Shown: one piece after another, positions 62,896 to 64,000 of the stretch
Layout: each line of letters opens with the position of its first letter
Position numbering within the stretch: position 1 is the stretch's first letter
DNA from: Nitrosopumilus sp.
GTDB lineage: Archaea; Thermoproteota; Nitrososphaeria; Nitrososphaerales; Nitrosopumilaceae
NCBI GenBank assembly: GCA_965218695.1
Contig: OZ244651.1
Location: forward strand, 1,664,001 to 1,728,000
Length of the DNA: 64,000 nt
Direction: 5' to 3'
Notes under the pieces: model-generated
Databases searched by the model: none
What the model saw: only the letters and a program-made list of their open reading frames with translations
Told to the model about the DNA's origin: nothing
Made by a program: the position numbers and the translations under genes

Positions 62896-63573
62896 ATGTC
62901 GTCCTATGATGAGGCCATAAGGGCGGTGGCAGACGATGCGCTAAAACACGTCAGGGAGAGATTCGTCGTGGGACTGGGAAGCGGAAGGGCCGCAGCCGCG
63001 CTGGTAAGGTCGCTTGCAGAACGGAACAAAAAGGAGGATCTGCATGTCGTGGGGGTTCCAACCTCGCTTCAAATCAAGATGGTTGCAAGGGACTGCGGCA
63101 TGCCACTAACCGAGGCAGACCAGGTGGACGACATCGACGTGGTGTTTGACGGCGCAGACCAGATTGATTCTGAAGGGTTTGTAATCAAGGGCGGAGGGGG
63201 CGCCCTGCTGCGCGAGAACATCCTGTTCAGCCTTGCAAAAAAGGTCGTGGTAATGGCAGACGAGACAAAGTTTGTAGAGGATCTCTGCAGGGAGGTCCCA
63301 GTGGAGGTTCACCCGCTTGCAAGGACGACGGTAGAAAACTCCATTGCCGAGCTTGACGGAAGCGCGGCCCTCCGTACGCTTGAGAGGGGGTATCCGTTCT
63401 TTACAGAGAACGGCAACATAATTCTGGACTGCGATTTTGGCACCATAGTGGATCCGGCAGTCCTGACCCAGAGGATCAAAAGCATACCGGGGGTCATGGA
63501 GTCAGGCATATTCCTGAGGAGGCCGGATGTAATCTACAGGGCCGGAACAGACGGCAAGTTTGACGTGCTCTAG
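62896..63573 (+). CDS. rpiA: ribose-5-phosphate isomerase A
   Basis: GLGSG, DGADQID, IKGGGGALLRE, TENGN. Confidence 0.95.
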   Translation: MSSYDEAIRAVADDALKHVRERFVVGLGSGRAAAALVRSLAERNKKEDLHVVGVPTSLQIKMVARDCGMPLTEADQVDDIDVVFDGADQIDSEGFVIKGGGGALLRENILFSLAKKVVVMADETKFVEDLCREVPVEVHPLARTTVENSIAELDGSAALRTLERGYPFFTENGNIILDCDFGTIVDPAVLTQRIKSIPGVMESGIFLRRPDVIYRAGTDGKFDVL

Positions 63574-63633
63574 GTTCAGGCAGTCGGCGTAGCGCCCAGA
63601 CATAGCGACGACCTTGAATCCCCTGCAACCCAC

Positions 63634-64000
63634 TCAGGTCACAAACAAGAACCTGTCCTCCTGCCATCCCTCCTGCAGCCTGCCCTCTATCGGGATTCGG
63701 TTCCCGCAGAACGCGCAGCAGTTGTTCTGATCAAGGTTCCACTGCCTTATCCTGAACCCGTACCTGTTGACTACCACGTTCTGGCATTCGGCGCAGTAGG
63801 TATGCTCAAGTTTGTGGCCCGGGGTGTTTCCCAGGTAGACGTACCGGAGACCCTCCTCTTTTGCAACATCATAGTGCCTCTCAAGGGTCTCAACGGGAGT
63901 GCTCGGATACTCCATCATCTTGTAGTCCGGGTGAAACCTCAGGAAATGAATGGGCATCTCTGGCCCGAATTCGTCATAGATGAATTTTGAGAGTTTCCTT
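63634..64000 (-). CDS. AmmeMemoRadiSam radical SAM enzyme, C-terminal part
   Basis: PIHFLRFHPDY, GLRYVYLGN, TYCAEC...R.G...CAFCG; 5' part outside the window. Confidence 0.85.
   Translation of the reverse strand, partial: RKLSKFIYDEFGPEMPIHFLRFHPDYKMMEYPSTPVETLERHYDVAKEEGLRYVYLGNTPGHKLEHTYCAECQNVVVNRYGFRIRQWNLDQNNCCAFCGNRIPIEGRLQEGWQEDRFLFVT

Overview
Archaeal DNA whose gene content and order point to Nitrososphaerota (Thaumarchaeota), family Nitrosopumilaceae: PEFG-CTERM and CFI-box-CTERM surface proteins, tandem ferredoxins, an MCM/GINS/Hel308/RFC cluster, sdhACDB and ribosomal protein genes. The high GC and heavy IS load would fit a host-associated lineage (inference). The core backbone carries three tRNAs and many insertions: two single-ORF IS66, an IS5/ISL2-like element, ISH3, IS630, IS110 remnants and other remnants. 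For five insertions I could read the terminal inverted repeats (TIRs) and target-site duplications (TSDs) directly. Highlights: (1) an apparently intact RNA-guided nuclease TnpB as the only gene in a 1.45-kb element with perfect 23-bp TIRs and a TSD, splitting an alcohol dehydrogenase gene; (2) an AT-rich degenerate MCM-like gene with an in-frame amber codon; (3) a ~10.4-kb island at tRNA-Leu bounded by a 9-bp repeat of the tRNA 3' end, carrying a SNF2+SWIM pair and a split TFB-like gene; (4) a DUF285 surface-protein gene hit by two IS elements. All family calls come from motif recognition by eye; no database search was run.
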